From contig NZ_CP011034.1 in the NCBI RefSeq assembly GCF_001465295.1, positions 1,830,001 to 1,862,000 on the forward strand: a DNA stretch of 32,000 bases, read 5' to 3'. Below are positions 1 to 8,405 of the stretch, piece after piece. The notes below the pieces were generated by a model. That model saw only the letters and a list, made by a program, of their open reading frames with translations, did no database searches and was not told where the DNA came from. Within the stretch, counting starts at the first letter, position 1. Every line of letters begins with the position of its first letter. A program made the position numbers and the translations under genes. Source of the stretch: Pseudoalteromonas translucida KMM 520 (GTDB taxonomy: Bacteria; Pseudomonadota; Gammaproteobacteria; Enterobacterales; Alteromonadaceae).

Positions 1-1
1 T

Positions 2-409
2 GAATGGGGCGTAGATTTACAGTCTGAGCACGAGCGTTACTTAGCAGAAGAGCACTTTAAAGCACCAGTAGTTATTAAAAACTACCCACGCGATATTAAA
101 GCGTTTTACATGCGCCAAAACGAAGACGGTAAAACCGTTGCCGCAATGGACATAGTAGCGCCAGGTATTGGTGAGATCATTGGTGGCTCACAACGTGAAG
201 AACGCCTAGATATTCTCGATGCTCGTTTAGACGAAATGGGCTTAAACAAAGACGACTACAGCTGGTACCGCGATTTACGTAAATACGGTACTGTGCCGCA
301 CTCAGGCTTTGGCTTAGGTTTTGAGCGTTTAGTTGCTTATGTTACCGGTATGGGCAACGTACGTGACGTTATTGCCTTCCCTCGTACTAAAGGCAGCGCA
401 ACGTACTAA
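2..409 (+). CDS. asnS: Asparaginyl-tRNA synthetase, C-terminal part (5' end lies outside the window)
   Basis: The frame is open from position 2 to the TAA at 407-409. It translates [40 protein letters not shown]...GFGLGFERL...AFPRT, which is class IIb AsnRS motif 3 and C-terminus. Confidence 0.9.
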   Translation, partial: EWGVDLQSEHERYLAEEHFKAPVVIKNYPRDIKAFYMRQNEDGKTVAAMDIVAPGIGEIIGGSQREERLDILDARLDEMGLNKDDYSWYRDLRKYGTVPHSGFGLGFERLVAYVTGMGNVRDVIAFPRTKGSATY

Positions 410-436
410 TACGTTAACGCTTACTGTGTACCATAT

Positions 437-466
437 TAAAAACCAGCCGATGGCTGGTTTTTTTAT
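437..466 (+). terminator. Rho-independent terminator after asnS
   Basis: aaaaaccagcc-gat-ggctggttttttt: a GC-rich stem followed by a T run, about 30 nt after the stop codon. Confidence 0.8.
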
Positions 467-526
467 GTCCAAATAACCATCACATCAGGAAGTGATTAAG
501 TAACTTAGGTTTATTAGGCACAACCT

Positions 527-562
527 AAAAGCCGCAGCATCATAAAATGACACTGCGGCTTT
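527..562 (-). terminator. Probable terminator after etfA
   Basis: The stem gccgcag (531-537) / ctgcggc (553-559) has an A run on the plus strand, which reads as a T run on the minus strand. It lies about 40 nt downstream of the etfA stop. Confidence 0.5.
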
Positions 563-598
563 AATTTATAACTATAAATATAATTTTTAGTTATTAAC

Positions 599-1525
599 TT
601 ATAGAGCTTGCTCTAGCTGTGGCAGTACATCAAATAAGTCGGCAACTAAACCGTAGTCTGCAACCTGAAAAATAGGTGCGTCTGGGTCTTTATTAATTGC
701 GACAATTACTTTTGAGTCTTTCATACCAGCTAAATGCTGAATTGCACCACTAATACCCACTGCGATGTACAAGTTTGGCGCTACAATTTTACCTGTTTGC
801 CCTACTTGCATATCATTAGGTACAAAGCCTGCGTCAACTGCTGCGCGCGAAGCACCAATAGCAGCGCCTAACTTGTCGGCAATTCCGTGTAATAAACTAA
901 AGTTTTCGCCATTTTGCATACCACGACCACCTGAGATCACTACAGTAGCTGCGGTTAATTCTGGGCGTTCTGATTTAGTTTGCTCATCGCTTACAAAGCT
1001 ACTTAGCGCAGAATCGGATACTGTATTAACTGCTGTTATTGGCGCGCTTGCTTGCTCTGTTTGTAAGTCGAAGCTACTAGCACGTACCGTGATAACTTTT
1101 TTGCTATCGAGTGACTTAACCGTAGCAATTGCGTTACCCGCATAAATAGGACGCTTAAATGTTTCAGCGTCAACAACATCAATAATTTCTGAAATTTGTG
1201 CAACATCAAGCAAGGCTGCAACGCGCGGCATAAAGTTTTTACCTGTAGTGGTAGCACTTACCACTATGTGGCTATAAGAATCAGCAAGCGATAGCACTAA
1301 ATCTGCCATACTTTCAGCTAATTGATGTGCATAAACTGCGTTATCTGCTACCAGTACACTAGCTACGCCATTAATAAGCGCAACTTCTTCGCTCAGTACA
1401 CCTACGTTTTCGCCCGCAATAAGCACATCAATAGGAAAACCAAGTTTTGCTGCTGCGTTAATTGTTTTTGAGGTTTCTGGTTTTAATACACCGTTATCGT
1501 GTTCTGCTATTACAAGTGTTTTCAT
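599..1525 (-). CDS. etfA: Electron transfer flavoprotein, alpha subunit
   Basis: 308 aa. The FAD-binding C-terminal region ...VVISGGRGM...[19 protein letters not shown]...[29 protein letters not shown] is typical EtfA. It starts 1 nt after the etfB stop. Confidence 0.93.
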   Translation of the reverse strand: MKTLVIAEHDNGVLKPETSKTINAAAKLGFPIDVLIAGENVGVLSEEVALINGVASVLVADNAVYAHQLAESMADLVLSLADSYSHIVVSATTTGKNFMPRVAALLDVAQISEIIDVVDAETFKRPIYAGNAIATVKSLDSKKVITVRASSFDLQTEQASAPITAVNTVSDSALSSFVSDEQTKSERPELTAATVVISGGRGMQNGENFSLLHGIADKLGAAIGASRAAVDAGFVPNDMQVGQTGKIVAPNLYIAVGISGAIQHLAGMKDSKVIVAINKDPDAPIFQVADYGLVADLFDVLPQLEQAL

Positions 1526-1526
1526 A

Positions 1527-2276
1527 TTAGATTACCTTCGCCTCTGTTTTTAATTTTTCTACAAGTTGCGCCACGTCCTCAACTATAATACCGGCAGTAC
1601 GTTTAGCTGGCTCTTCAACGCTAATTAATTGCACGCGGGCCGTTAAGTCAACACCCAAAGTATCGGCTGCAATAACCTCAAGCGGTTTACGTTTTGCTTT
1701 CATTATATTTGGCAGCGACGCATAACGTGGCTCGTTTAAACGTAAATCGGTAGTTACAATAGCCGGTAAACTAAGCGCTACTGTTTGTAAGCCGCCGTCA
1801 ACTTCACGGGTAACATTAACTTTTCCATCAACCACTTCAACTTTTGAAGCAAATGTACCTTGGCCACGTTTAGTCAATGCTGCTAGCATTTGGCCGGTTT
1901 GGTTATTGTCTGAATCAATTGATTGCTTACCTAAAATAACTAATTCTGGTGCTTCTTGTTCTACAATTTTTGCAAGTAATTTAGCAATGTGCAGCGACTC
2001 TAACTTTTCATCGGTTTCGATGTGAATGGCTTTGTCGGCGCCCAGTGCTAATGCAGTACGTAACTGTTCTTGTGAGGCTTTTGGCCCAATTGTTACGGCA
2101 ATAACTTCGCTTGCTGTACCCGCTTCTTTTAAGCGAATAGCCTCTTCAATTGCAATTTCGCAAAATGGGTTCATCGCCATTTTTACGTTGGTTAAATCAA
2201 CGTCTGTTTTGTCTGACTTAACACGTGCTTTTACGTTGTAATCTATAACTCTTTTTATTGGTACGAGAACTTTCAT
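1527..2276 (-). CDS. etfB: Electron transfer flavoprotein, beta subunit
   Basis: 249 aa. [16 protein letters not shown]...[16 protein letters not shown] is the canonical EtfB N-terminus. A GGAG Shine-Dalgarno sits 5-8 nt upstream of the ATG. Confidence 0.93.
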   Translation of the reverse strand: MKVLVPIKRVIDYNVKARVKSDKTDVDLTNVKMAMNPFCEIAIEEAIRLKEAGTASEVIAVTIGPKASQEQLRTALALGADKAIHIETDEKLESLHIAKLLAKIVEQEAPELVILGKQSIDSDNNQTGQMLAALTKRGQGTFASKVEVVDGKVNVTREVDGGLQTVALSLPAIVTTDLRLNEPRYASLPNIMKAKRKPLEVIAADTLGVDLTARVQLISVEEPAKRTAGIIVEDVAQLVEKLKTEAKVI

Positions 2277-2307
2277 ATGGACTCCATCGTTATTTAAACC
2301 TACAAGC

Positions 2308-2321
2308 TGACGTGCACGTCA
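2308..2321. promoter_or_regulatory. Perfect 14-bp palindrome TGACGTgcACGTCA in the etfBA/etfD divergent region (candidate operator)
   Basis: The sequence is self-complementary when read directly. Read on the minus strand it begins TTGACG, which resembles a -35 element for etfBA. It has the same core as the sites at 2356-2371 and 21490-21513. Confidence 0.55.
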
Positions 2322-2355
2322 ACCTATTTATTTTATGAAATCAGACTACTGTCTA

Positions 2356-2371
2356 TTGACGTAAACATCAA
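2356..2371. promoter_or_regulatory. Second, near-palindromic site TTGACGTaaACATCAA (candidate operator)
   Basis: It has one mismatch to the TGACGT-N2-ACGTCA core and shares the 3' flank tcaaccta with site 1. The two site centres are 49 bp apart. On the plus strand it begins TTGACG, which resembles a -35 element for etfD. Confidence 0.45.
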
Positions 2372-2495
2372 CCTAAAATAACCTTTAAACATTCACAACC
2401 CATAACTTTTTATTAGCATCTATCAAATGGGTTATGTATTTCATTAACGTGTAGTTAAATATAGGGTACGTTAACCAATCAAATAAGAGGTATTT

Positions 2496-4142
2496 ATGAT
2501 CACCCGGGAAACCATGGAATTTGATGTAGTTGTTGTAGGTGCAGGCCCAGCGGGTCTTGCATGTGCAATAAAACTGGCACAACAAGCGAAAAATAAACAA
2601 CAAGAATGCATGATCTGTGTCGTTGAAAAAGGTTCAGAAGTGGGTGCTCATATACTCTCTGGTGCCGTGTTTGAAACCAAAGCGCTGGATGAATTACTGC
2701 CTAATTGGCAAGAGCTCAACGCCCCTGTAACCACAAAAGTAGCCAAGGATGAAATTTACTGGTTTAACAACGAACAAAAAGCCACCGCTATTCCGCACTT
2801 TGCCACACCAAAAACCTTTCATAATGATGGTAATTATATTGTCTCTATGGGGAATGTTTGTCGCTGGTTAGCTGAGCAAGCAGAAGCACTGGGAGTTGAG
2901 ATTTTCCCAGGGTTTAGTGCGCATTCACTTATTATTGAAGACGATACAGTAAAAGGCATTATTACTGGCGATATGGGCCTTGATAAAGACGGTAACGAAA
3001 AAGATGGTTATATGCCAGGCATGGAGCTGCGCGCTAAATACACCGTATTTGCCGAAGGTTGTCGTGGTCATTTGGGCAAACAACTCATTAATGAATTTGC
3101 CCTAGATGATGAGTCATCACCGCAGCACTATGGCTTAGGCTTAAAAGAAATTTGGCAAATTGATGAAAGTAAGCATCAGTTAGGCACTGTAGTACACGGT
3201 ACAGGCTGGCCATTACAAGGCGATACTAACGGCGGCGCATTTATGTACCACTGTGAAAACAACCAAGTTGTGGTAGGACTGATTGTTGACCTTAATTATT
3301 CAAACCCGCATTTAAGCCCGTTTGATGAGTTTCAGCGCATGAAACATCACCCTGTTTTTAAAGATGTATTAGCAGGCGGCGAACGGGTTGCTTATGGTGC
3401 TCGTGCTATTGCTAAAGGCGGTTTGCACTCATTGCCAAAAATGCATTTTCCTGGTGGGTTATTGGTAGGCTGCGATGCAGGTACGCTTAACTTTGCAAAA
3501 ATTAAAGGTAATCATACTGCTATGAAGTCGGGTATGGTGGCAGCTGAAGTTATTTTTAAAGCATTAGAAAATGAGCAAGCTAATACCGACTTAAGCGAGT
3601 TTAAAGACGCGTTTGAGCAATCTTGGGCTTATAAAGAACTGCAGCAATCACGCAACTTTGGCCCTGTTATGCACAAGTTAGGTAAGTTTGTTGGTGGCGC
3701 ATATAACACCCTAGATCAAAACATTTTTAATGGTTGCTTGCCATTTACCTTTAAAGACAACACCCCAGATCACGATACCTTAGTTGATGCAGCGGATGCC
3801 GATAAAATAGTGTATCCAAAACCAGATGGTAAACTCAGTTTTGACAAGTTGTCGTCGGTATTTTTATCAAATACTAACCACGAAGAGTCACAGCCGTGTC
3901 ATTTGCAATTAAAAGATCCGAGTATTCCAATTGCAGTAAACTTAGTTAAATTTGATGAGCCAGCGCAGCGCTATTGCCCTGCTGGAGTTTATGAAATTCA
4001 AGAAATTGCTGGCACTAAAGAGTTTGTGATTAACTCGCAAAACTGCGTGCATTGTAAAACCTGTGATATTAAAGATCCGAGCCAAAATATTACTTGGGTA
4101 ACTCCGGAGGGGACTGGCGGGCCAAATTATCCTAATATGTAG
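2496..4142 (+). CDS. etfD: Electron transfer flavoprotein-ubiquinone oxidoreductase (ETF-QO)
   Basis: 548 aa. It has the FAD motif DVVVVGAGPAGLA and a C-terminal 4Fe-4S region ...CPAGVYE...NCVHCKTCDIKDP...GGPNYPNM. An AAGAGG Shine-Dalgarno lies upstream of the ATG at 2496. Confidence 0.93.
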   Translation: MITRETMEFDVVVVGAGPAGLACAIKLAQQAKNKQQECMICVVEKGSEVGAHILSGAVFETKALDELLPNWQELNAPVTTKVAKDEIYWFNNEQKATAIPHFATPKTFHNDGNYIVSMGNVCRWLAEQAEALGVEIFPGFSAHSLIIEDDTVKGIITGDMGLDKDGNEKDGYMPGMELRAKYTVFAEGCRGHLGKQLINEFALDDESSPQHYGLGLKEIWQIDESKHQLGTVVHGTGWPLQGDTNGGAFMYHCENNQVVVGLIVDLNYSNPHLSPFDEFQRMKHHPVFKDVLAGGERVAYGARAIAKGGLHSLPKMHFPGGLLVGCDAGTLNFAKIKGNHTAMKSGMVAAEVIFKALENEQANTDLSEFKDAFEQSWAYKELQQSRNFGPVMHKLGKFVGGAYNTLDQNIFNGCLPFTFKDNTPDHDTLVDAADADKIVYPKPDGKLSFDKLSSVFLSNTNHEESQPCHLQLKDPSIPIAVNLVKFDEPAQRYCPAGVYEIQEIAGTKEFVINSQNCVHCKTCDIKDPSQNITWVTPEGTGGPNYPNM

Positions 4143-4201
4143 TTACTATTGTTAATAAAAAGTATGTTTTTACATATAAATTATAAACCTACACTAATTT
4201 G

Positions 4202-4223
4202 CAGGGGCTTGTGCCCCTGTTTT
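4202..4223 (+). terminator. Terminator after etfD
   Basis: caggggc-ttgt-gcccctg followed by tttt. Confidence 0.7.
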
Positions 4224-4263
4224 GCGCTATGCTTACCCTAGTGTTTATAAAAGAGAATTAGTT

Positions 4264-4728
4264 ATGCCGTCGTCAAAAGTTGTTTTTCGTTTTTTAGCAG
4301 AGCCTACTGATGTAAATTTTGGTGGTAAAGTGCATGGTGGAGCCGTCATGAAGTGGATTGACCAAGCTGGCTATGCATGTGCTGCAGGCTGGAGTGGCCA
4401 TTACTGCGTTACTGTATCTGTGGCTGGGGTTAAGTTTAGACGCCCTATTTTAGTAGGCCAAATTGTTGAAGTGGAAGCTAAAATAGCCCATACCGGTAAA
4501 ACCAGTATGCAAATATTTATTCAAGTACGTTGTGGCGATCCTAAAACACAAAACATGGTTGAAACCAACCACTGTGTTATTAGCTTTATCGCTATGGATG
4601 AAACTGGTTACCCAATAGCAGTGCCTTCATTTAAAGCGATTACCGAAGAAGATTTGAAATTAGAAAACTACGCTATAAAAATGAAAGAAATTGCAATAGA
4701 GACGGAAAACTTACTGCATAAAGTATAA
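4264..4728 (+). CDS. Acyl-CoA thioesterase, hotdog fold (YciA-like)
   Basis: FRFLAEPTDVNFGGKVHGGAVMKWIDQAGYACA is the YciA/ACOT-type hotdog motif. I prefer the ATG at 4264 (MPSSKVV) because the ORF-track TTG at 4222 lies inside the upstream terminator hairpin. Confidence 0.8.
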   Translation: MPSSKVVFRFLAEPTDVNFGGKVHGGAVMKWIDQAGYACAAGWSGHYCVTVSVAGVKFRRPILVGQIVEVEAKIAHTGKTSMQIFIQVRCGDPKTQNMVETNHCVISFIAMDETGYPIAVPSFKAITEEDLKLENYAIKMKEIAIETENLLHKV

Positions 4729-4734
4729 ATAACT

Positions 4735-4766
4735 AAAGTGTGCCTGTAAAAATCTCACACTTTTTG
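4735..4766 (+). terminator. Weak terminator after the thioesterase gene
   Basis: aaagtgtg (4735-4742) pairs with cacacttt (4756-4763) and is followed by Ts. The stem is short and AT-rich. Confidence 0.45.
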
Positions 4767-4832
4767 TAAAACATGCAATTGGGCTTAGAAAGTAATAACT
4801 AATAAAAGTTCACTGCTGTACACGTATCATAC

Positions 4833-4885
4833 AAACGGCCATGAAAACCAATACTAAAGTAGGTTTTTATGGCCGTTTTTTTATG
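4833..4885 (+). terminator. Strong rho-independent terminator, either a second tandem terminator or the 3' end of an unannotated RNA
   Basis: A 17-bp stem (4833-4849 pairs with 4862-4878, one G-U pair) has a 12-nt loop and is followed by a run of 7 Ts. Confidence 0.7.
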
Positions 4886-4989
4886 TTTTTAATAATTGGC
4901 ATGCTCACTGCAACTACCTTGATGACGTTTGATTTAATTACATTTTATTTTTTCAAGTATTTGATTTTTATTATTAAAGGAGCTAATTC

Positions 4990-5559
4990 ATGATTAAAAC
5001 ACTTTCTCTTTCTACACTTGCTTTAGTAACACTGGGTTTTAATACTGCAGCTAAGGCTGATATTTCTGATTTCGATTCTCCACGTATCTACACGGGTGTT
5101 GGTTACGGTCAATATTCTTTTGAATTTGAAGACAGTGACAAAGACACTGACTTTGACGACGATGCACAAATGCTAAAAGGTTATGTTGGCGCACAATTTA
5201 ACGAGTATTTAAGCTTAGAGCTTGCTTATCAAAACTTTGATGAAGTAAGTGATGTGGACAGCAAAGCTGAAATTGATGGCGTATCGCTTGCCGCACGTTT
5301 GGGCTATCCAATAACAGAGAGCTTTTCTGTGTATGCAAAAGGCGGTTGGCTTGAGTGGGATGCAGAATACACACAAGATTTACCAGTAGGTTCTGTTTCA
5401 GCTTCTACAGATGGTGGTGATGCGTTTTACGGTGCAGGTATTGAATATGCACTTACAACCAACGTTCAATTTCGTTTAGAGTACGAACGCTATAAACTTG
5501 ATGGCGATATTGATCCAGATATGGATGTAGCATCTGTGTCAGTTCAGTACATGTTTTAA
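4990..5559 (+). CDS. Small outer-membrane beta-barrel protein (OmpA-like/OMP_b-brl type)
   Basis: It has a signal peptide MIKTLSLSTLALVTLGFNTAAKA, alternating aromatic/hydrophobic beta-strand patterns and a C-terminal ...SVQYMF typical of outer-membrane proteins. An AAGGAG Shine-Dalgarno lies upstream. Confidence 0.75.
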   Translation: MIKTLSLSTLALVTLGFNTAAKADISDFDSPRIYTGVGYGQYSFEFEDSDKDTDFDDDAQMLKGYVGAQFNEYLSLELAYQNFDEVSDVDSKAEIDGVSLAARLGYPITESFSVYAKGGWLEWDAEYTQDLPVGSVSASTDGGDAFYGAGIEYALTTNVQFRLEYERYKLDGDIDPDMDVASVSVQYMF

Positions 5560-5580
5560 TTAATATTCAACGTGTATATA

Positions 5581-5608
5581 AAAGGTAAGCTTACGCTTAC
5601 CTTTTTTG
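5581..5608 (+). terminator. Terminator after the OMP gene
   Basis: aaaggtaagc-ttac-gcttaccttt followed by ttt. Confidence 0.8.
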
Positions 5609-5762
5609 TTTTAGGCTCTTTTTAAATACATCAATATAAACCAATCAGTCTAATAAATAATTTTAAACCGCATGGTCTATAAGCAATAAACTTACTTACA
5701 TTAATGCCATAAACGCTAAATACGGGTAGAATAGCGCTCTATTTTATTTGTACCCGAGTACT

Positions 5763-6467
5763 ATGAGCGATTACACCATTTCGGCTATTGGCCACATTGA
5801 ATCTCCTTATAAACAAAAGTTTGCTATACCTAGGCAACCTCGTTTAGTGCCACAAGCTAAAGCTAAGCTTATATTTTCCCCCGATTTTAATCGCGAAGAA
5901 TTTGTACGCGGGCTCGATGAGTTTAGCCATATTTGGCTGCTATTTCGTTTCCACGAAACAGCAGATAAAGGCTATTCAGCGATGGTACGCCCTCCTCGCT
6001 TAGGTGGTAATGAGCGAAAAGGCGTGTTTGCCACACGTGCCACTTTTAGGCCTAACGCCATTGGTATGAGCGCGGTAAAACTAGAAGGTATAGAGTATAA
6101 AAATGGCCAACTGAGCTTATTACTCGCCGGAATAGATTTACTCGATGGCACACCAATAATCGATATAAAACCTTACTTACCCTATTCTGACTCTATGCCA
6201 GAGGCCAGTGCGGGGTTTGCCGACACTCGCCCAGAAACCCACATGAGCGTTGAATTTGCTCCTGAGGTACTTAATTTTATTGCGCAGCAAACGCAATACC
6301 CAGATTTACAGGCGTTTATAAGTAATGTGCTAAAGCAAGATCCTCGCCCTGCTTATAAAAAGCAAAAAGACGGACAACAAAGCTACGGTATGACTTTGTA
6401 TAACTATAATATTTGCTGGCAAGTTAATGAGTCGCATAATTTAGTTACGAGTATAGAAAATACCTAA
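5763..6467 (+). CDS. trmO: tRNA (m6t6A37) methyltransferase TrmO (YaeB family)
   Basis: IGHIESPYKQKFAIPRQP...FSHIWLLFRFH...PPRLGGN...GVFATRATFRPNAIGMS...IDLLDGTPIIDIKPY is the YaeB/TsaA signature. Adjacency to proS matches E. coli. I prefer the ATG at 5763 to the track's TTG at 5748. Confidence 0.85.
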   Translation: MSDYTISAIGHIESPYKQKFAIPRQPRLVPQAKAKLIFSPDFNREEFVRGLDEFSHIWLLFRFHETADKGYSAMVRPPRLGGNERKGVFATRATFRPNAIGMSAVKLEGIEYKNGQLSLLLAGIDLLDGTPIIDIKPYLPYSDSMPEASAGFADTRPETHMSVEFAPEVLNFIAQQTQYPDLQAFISNVLKQDPRPAYKKQKDGQQSYGMTLYNYNICWQVNESHNLVTSIENT

Positions 6468-6561
6468 ATAATTTATCACTTAGCGCTTTAGTGTAAATGC
6501 AACCGCTGGTAGACTGAAGCCCTTATAATATGTACATAATTACTCTAATTTCGGAAACAAC

Positions 6562-8286
6562 ATGCGTACCAGTCAATATATACTCGCCACACTTAAAGAA
6601 ACGCCTTCGGATGCTGAAATTGTATCGCATCAATTAATGCTTAGAGCCGGTATGATCCGTCGTGTCGCTTCGGGTTTATACACTTGGTTACCCACTGGGT
6701 TACGGGTACTTAGAAAAGTAGAAAATATCGTACGTGAAGAAATGAATAAAGCCAATGCTATTGAAATGCTGATGCCAGTAATTCAACCAGCAGATTTATG
6801 GGAAGAATCAGGTCGTTGGGATGAGTTTGGTCCTGAACTTATGCGTTTTACCGATCGTCATAATCGTACCTTTGCGCTTGGCCCAACTCACGAAGAAGTG
6901 ATCACTGATTTTGTGCGTAAAGAAATTAGCAGCTATAAACAGCTACCAATTTCTTTATACCAAATACAAACTAAAGTGCGCGACGAACGTCGTCCGCGCT
7001 TTGGTGTAATGCGCGCCCGCGAATTTACAATGAAAGATGCCTATTCATTTCACTTAAGTGATGAGTGTTTAGATGCAACGTACCAAGTAATGCACAAAGC
7101 GTATTGTAATATTTTTGAGCGTTTAAACTTAGACTACCGCCCTGTTATTGCCGACACGGGTTCTATTGGTGGTAGCGTGTCGCATGAGTTTCATGTACTT
7201 GCAGAATCTGGCGAAGACGCTATTGCATTTAGTGATGGCAGCGACTACGCAGCGAATATTGAAAAAGCAGAAGCACTTGCACCAAGCGAGCCTCGCCCAG
7301 CAGCAACAAAAGAGCTTAAAGCGTTTCCAACGCCTGATGCTAAAACAATTAACGAGCTTAAAAAGCACTACGGTGTTAAACCACATCGCGGTGTTAAAAC
7401 ATTAATCGTTTACGCTACGCCTGATGAAAACGGAGTACGTGGTTTAGTTGCGCTAGTTTTACGTGGCGATCATGACCTTAACGAACTAAAAGCTGAAAAA
7501 CACCCGTTAGTAGATTCTCCGCTTGAAATGGCTAATGAAGCTGACATTGTTGCTGCTATTGGTGCAAAACCAGGCTCATTAGGCCCGGTTGGCCTGTCTA
7601 TGCCAATTATTATTGATAGAAGCGCTAACATACTAGCTGACTTTGTTGCCGGCGCTAATAAAGACGATGAGCATTACAGCGGCATTAACTGGGATCGTGA
7701 TGTAACTGATTATGAAGTTGCTGATATACGTAATATTGTAGAAGGCGATGCAAGCCCATGTGGCCAAGGCACTTTACAAATTAAACGTGGTATTGAAGTT
7801 GGCCACATTTTCCAACTTGGCACTAAATACTCACAAGCAATGAAGGCTGGTGTATTAAACGAATCAGGTAAAAACCAAATAATGACTATGGGTTGTTACG
7901 GTATTGGTGTGTCGCGTATTGTGGCTGCAGCAATCGAGCAAAACAACGACCAATACGGTATTATTTGGCCACAACCAATTGCACCGTTTGATTTAGCAAT
8001 TGTGCCTATGAATATGCATAAGTCGCATCGCATTCCAGATATTGCTAACAACCTTTACCAAGGCTTAAAAGATGCTGGCCTTGATGTATTATTTGATGAC
8101 CGTAAAGAGCGTCCTGGCGTTATGTTTAACGACATGGAATTAATTGGCGTACCATTTACATTAGTTATTGGTGAGCGCAACCTTGATGAAAACAAAGTTG
8201 AGCTTAAAAACCGCCGTACTGGTGAAAAGCTAATGATTGATATTGATACAGCAATCGATGCAATTAAAGCAGCTGTTAAAGGTTAA
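6562..8286 (+). CDS. proS: Prolyl-tRNA synthetase (bacterial type with INS editing domain)
   Basis: 574 aa. [33 protein letters not shown]...[11 protein letters not shown]...[20 protein letters not shown] are class IIa motifs, and the C-terminus is an anticodon-binding domain. Confidence 0.95.
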   Translation: MRTSQYILATLKETPSDAEIVSHQLMLRAGMIRRVASGLYTWLPTGLRVLRKVENIVREEMNKANAIEMLMPVIQPADLWEESGRWDEFGPELMRFTDRHNRTFALGPTHEEVITDFVRKEISSYKQLPISLYQIQTKVRDERRPRFGVMRAREFTMKDAYSFHLSDECLDATYQVMHKAYCNIFERLNLDYRPVIADTGSIGGSVSHEFHVLAESGEDAIAFSDGSDYAANIEKAEALAPSEPRPAATKELKAFPTPDAKTINELKKHYGVKPHRGVKTLIVYATPDENGVRGLVALVLRGDHDLNELKAEKHPLVDSPLEMANEADIVAAIGAKPGSLGPVGLSMPIIIDRSANILADFVAGANKDDEHYSGINWDRDVTDYEVADIRNIVEGDASPCGQGTLQIKRGIEVGHIFQLGTKYSQAMKAGVLNESGKNQIMTMGCYGIGVSRIVAAAIEQNNDQYGIIWPQPIAPFDLAIVPMNMHKSHRIPDIANNLYQGLKDAGLDVLFDDRKERPGVMFNDMELIGVPFTLVIGERNLDENKVELKNRRTGEKLMIDIDTAIDAIKAAVKG

Positions 8287-8311
8287 GCATAAAATACACT
8301 TAACTATAAAT

Positions 8312-8339
8312 AAAAAAACCGCTTTAAAGCGGTTTTTTT
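8312..8339 (+). terminator. Terminator after proS
   Basis: aaaaaaaccgctttaaagcggttttttt. Confidence 0.8.
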
Positions 8340-8363
8340 ATATCTAAAATATAGTCACTTCAG

Positions 8364-8393
8364 CTAAAAAAGGGGGCTTATTAAAAGCCGCCT
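8364..8393 (-). terminator. Probable terminator after the histidine kinase gene
   Basis: On the minus strand, ggcggctt-ttaat-aagccccc (one mismatch) is followed by tttttt. Confidence 0.5.
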
Positions 8394-8405
8394 ATTTTGC
8401 TTTAA

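Noticed and set aside
410-420. tacgttaacgc immediately after the asnS stop, which resembles the ACGT-N2-ACGT operator core.
   Set aside because: Only about one and a half half-sites match and the flanks are not palindromic. It lies between two convergent gene ends, so there is no promoter to regulate. It is likely chance.
437-466. Near-identical terminator hairpins at 437-466 (aaaaaccagccgatggctggttttt) and 17556-17583 (aaaaaaccagccgaagctggttttt). I considered these as a dispersed repeat family.
   Set aside because: The similarity covers only the ~25-nt stem-loop, with no shared flanks. Short GC stems flanked by A and T runs converge easily. Only a genome-wide count could show a repeat family.
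765-1145. ORFs in the six-frame track that run antisense to or overlap strong genes. Examples are 765-1145, 1036-1257, 2026-2241, 7129-7386, 7148-7405, 9151-9528, 10132-10386, 12919-13176, 13198-13581, 18097-18417, 19332-19598, 23594-24037 and 28948-29163.
   Set aside because: Each lies wholly inside a well-supported conserved CDS on the opposite strand or in another frame. Their composition is low-complexity or odd (Cys/Ser/Leu-rich), and they have no Shine-Dalgarno and no recognisable motifs. These are typical shadow ORFs.
2385-2603. 72-aa minus-strand ORF spanning the etfD promoter and 5' end.
   Set aside because: It overlaps the start of the ETF-QO CDS and the AT-rich intergenic region, and it has no Shine-Dalgarno or motifs. 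It is a shadow ORF.
4841-4993. 50-codon hydrophobic ORF (MKTNTKVGFYGRFFMFLIIGMLTATTLMTF...) whose TGA overlaps the OMP gene ATG as ATGA.
   Set aside because: Its ATG lies inside the stem of the strong terminator at 4833-4885. Neither it nor the internal ATGs (4883, 4901, 4922) has a Shine-Dalgarno. The F/I/L/K-rich sequence is what an AT-rich promoter region yields by chance. Ribosome profiling could revive it.
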